In this document: piece after piece, positions 63,269 through 64,000 of the stretch | Layout: the number at the start of each line of letters is the position of its first letter | How positions within the stretch are numbered: the first letter of the stretch is position 1 | Translations under genes and position numbers: made by a program | Notes under the pieces: model-generated | Seen by the model: only the letters and a program-made list of their open reading frames with translations | Told to the model about the DNA's origin: nothing | Database searches by the model: none | DNA from: Basidiobolus meristosporus CBS 931.73 | Lineage: Eukaryota; Fungi; Basidiobolomycota | Direction: 5' to 3' | DNA length: 64,000 bases | NCBI GenBank assembly: GCA_002104905.1 | Contig: MCFE01000321.1 | Span: 31,519 to 95,518 of the forward strand

Positions 63269-63838
63269 CTACTGTTGTAGCTTTGATACAAGAGTGTGTA
63301 GCTGAGGGGAATTTGTAGGTAAGTTAATAAGAAGTGATGATAGTTCTTCAGTGCTCAAGACACTGTTCAGTGGGAAGGGGGGTAGCAAGAGAGGTAAGAA
63401 TGACTTTTGAACAACATTAATGAGGGGAATGTGATAAGGATTGATATTCATCATAAAGGGAGTGTGCTGCTGCAGATATTGCTGCCAAAGGTCTGTCAAG
63501 TACTTCAGGTTGGCCAGCTTGGGTTTTTCTGACTGCAGAATATAGTGAGCAAACTTCTTGACTTCAGGATCTCCAAGTATAGTTCTCCAGCAGGAGCCAG
63601 GTGTTGTGTGGTGTGTTCTCTTCCAGGCCTTAATCAGTGGGTTGTTGCAGTTGTGAAGTCTGAGGTATAATCTGGTTCTAAGGTAGAGAAGTCTGATCTT
63701 ATAGGGCATAAACCCAAAAGCACCAAGAATAGCATGTCTGTAGGGGCATTCAGGCAAATGAGGCACCAAGGAGGTAATGCACCATACTGCAAACTTGTCA
63801 AGCTTAGTGCAGTCTCTAGAAGTAAGAGAGAGAAGTGG
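63269..63838 (-). CDS. M8 ORF: C-terminal ~189 codons of a non-LTR-type RT protein, cut off by the telomere
   Basis: The frame is open up to the telomere: LDKFAVWCITSLVPHLPECPYRHAILGAFGFMPYKIRLLYLRTRLYLRL resembles the LINE post-RT thumb region. No YxDD core is present. Confidence 0.65.
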   Translation of the reverse strand, partial: PLLSLTSRDCTKLDKFAVWCITSLVPHLPECPYRHAILGAFGFMPYKIRLLYLRTRLYLRLHNCNNPLIKAWKRTHHTTPGSCWRTILGDPEVKKFAHYILQSEKPKLANLKYLTDLWQQYLQQHTPFMMNINPYHIPLINVVQKSFLPLLLPPFPLNSVLSTEELSSLLINLPTNSPQLHTLVSKLQQ

Positions 63839-64000
63839 TTAGGGTTAGGGTTAGGGTTAGGGTTAGGGTTAGGTTAGGGTTAGGGTTAGGTTAGGGTTAG
63901 GGTTAGGGTTAGGGTTAGGGTTAGGTTAGGGTTAGGGTTAGGGTTAGGGTTAGGGTTAGGGTTAGGGTTAGGGTTAGGGTTAGGGTTAGGGTTAGGGTTA
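63837..64000 (+). repeat. Telomere (TTAGGG)n with three TTAGG variants
   Basis: Uninterrupted G-rich tract running to the window end. Confidence 0.99.

Larger units (their letters stand above)
58777..63836 (-). mobile_element. Head-to-tail array of 8 telomere-associated retroelement modules (M1-M8)
   Basis: The shared motif GGTTAGGGGG..GTCACC(N4-6)GGTGAAATCTTTATT (+ strand) starts modules at 58777, 59312, 59871, 60421, 60597, 60914, 61446 and 63202. Confidence 0.9.

Noticed and set aside
58777-63836. CRISPR-like reading of the repeat/variable-insert array or the 83-bp array
   Set aside because: Eukaryotic telomeric context, inserts of 0.2-1.8 kb that recur, no unique spacers in the 83-bp array, and no cas genes.
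63269-63838. Calling the element Coprina/Athena (Penelope-like)
   Set aside because: No PLE thumb motif (YRKPT...S.HP) is visible and the fragment looks more like a LINE C-terminus. Without the RT core the clade cannot be assigned.

Overview
Right end of a eukaryotic chromosome. Intron-rich genes, TTAGGG telomeres, CpG-decayed repeats, an AA11-type LPMO and an AP-4 beta-like adaptin point to an early-diverging fungus (inference). There are three zones. (1) 1-13.3 kb is a CpG-depleted graveyard of nested Ty1/copia fragments with a 726-bp foldback element inserted in one copy. (2) 13.7-56.7 kb is a dense block of about 23 mostly housekeeping genes. (3) 58.8-63.8 kb is a head-to-tail array of 8 retroelement-like modules, all in the same orientation, capped by (TTAGGG)n at 63837-64000. 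The array is the main result. Three unrelated cargoes occur: a LINE-like ORF1, a LINE-like RT C-terminus (two subfamilies) and a ~0.53-kb non-coding hairpin unit. Each ends in the same 3' cis-element (GGCTTCTTT..AATAAA, a TCACC/GGTGA hairpin and a telomere-complementary CCCCTAACC anchor), has no poly(A) tail, and joins the previous module through a telomere-like microhomology. This looks like a segmented, telomere-primed retroelement system that extends the chromosome end, oldest copies innermost. No RT catalytic core is present in the window. All coordinates, alignments and counts were made by eye; no searches were run.
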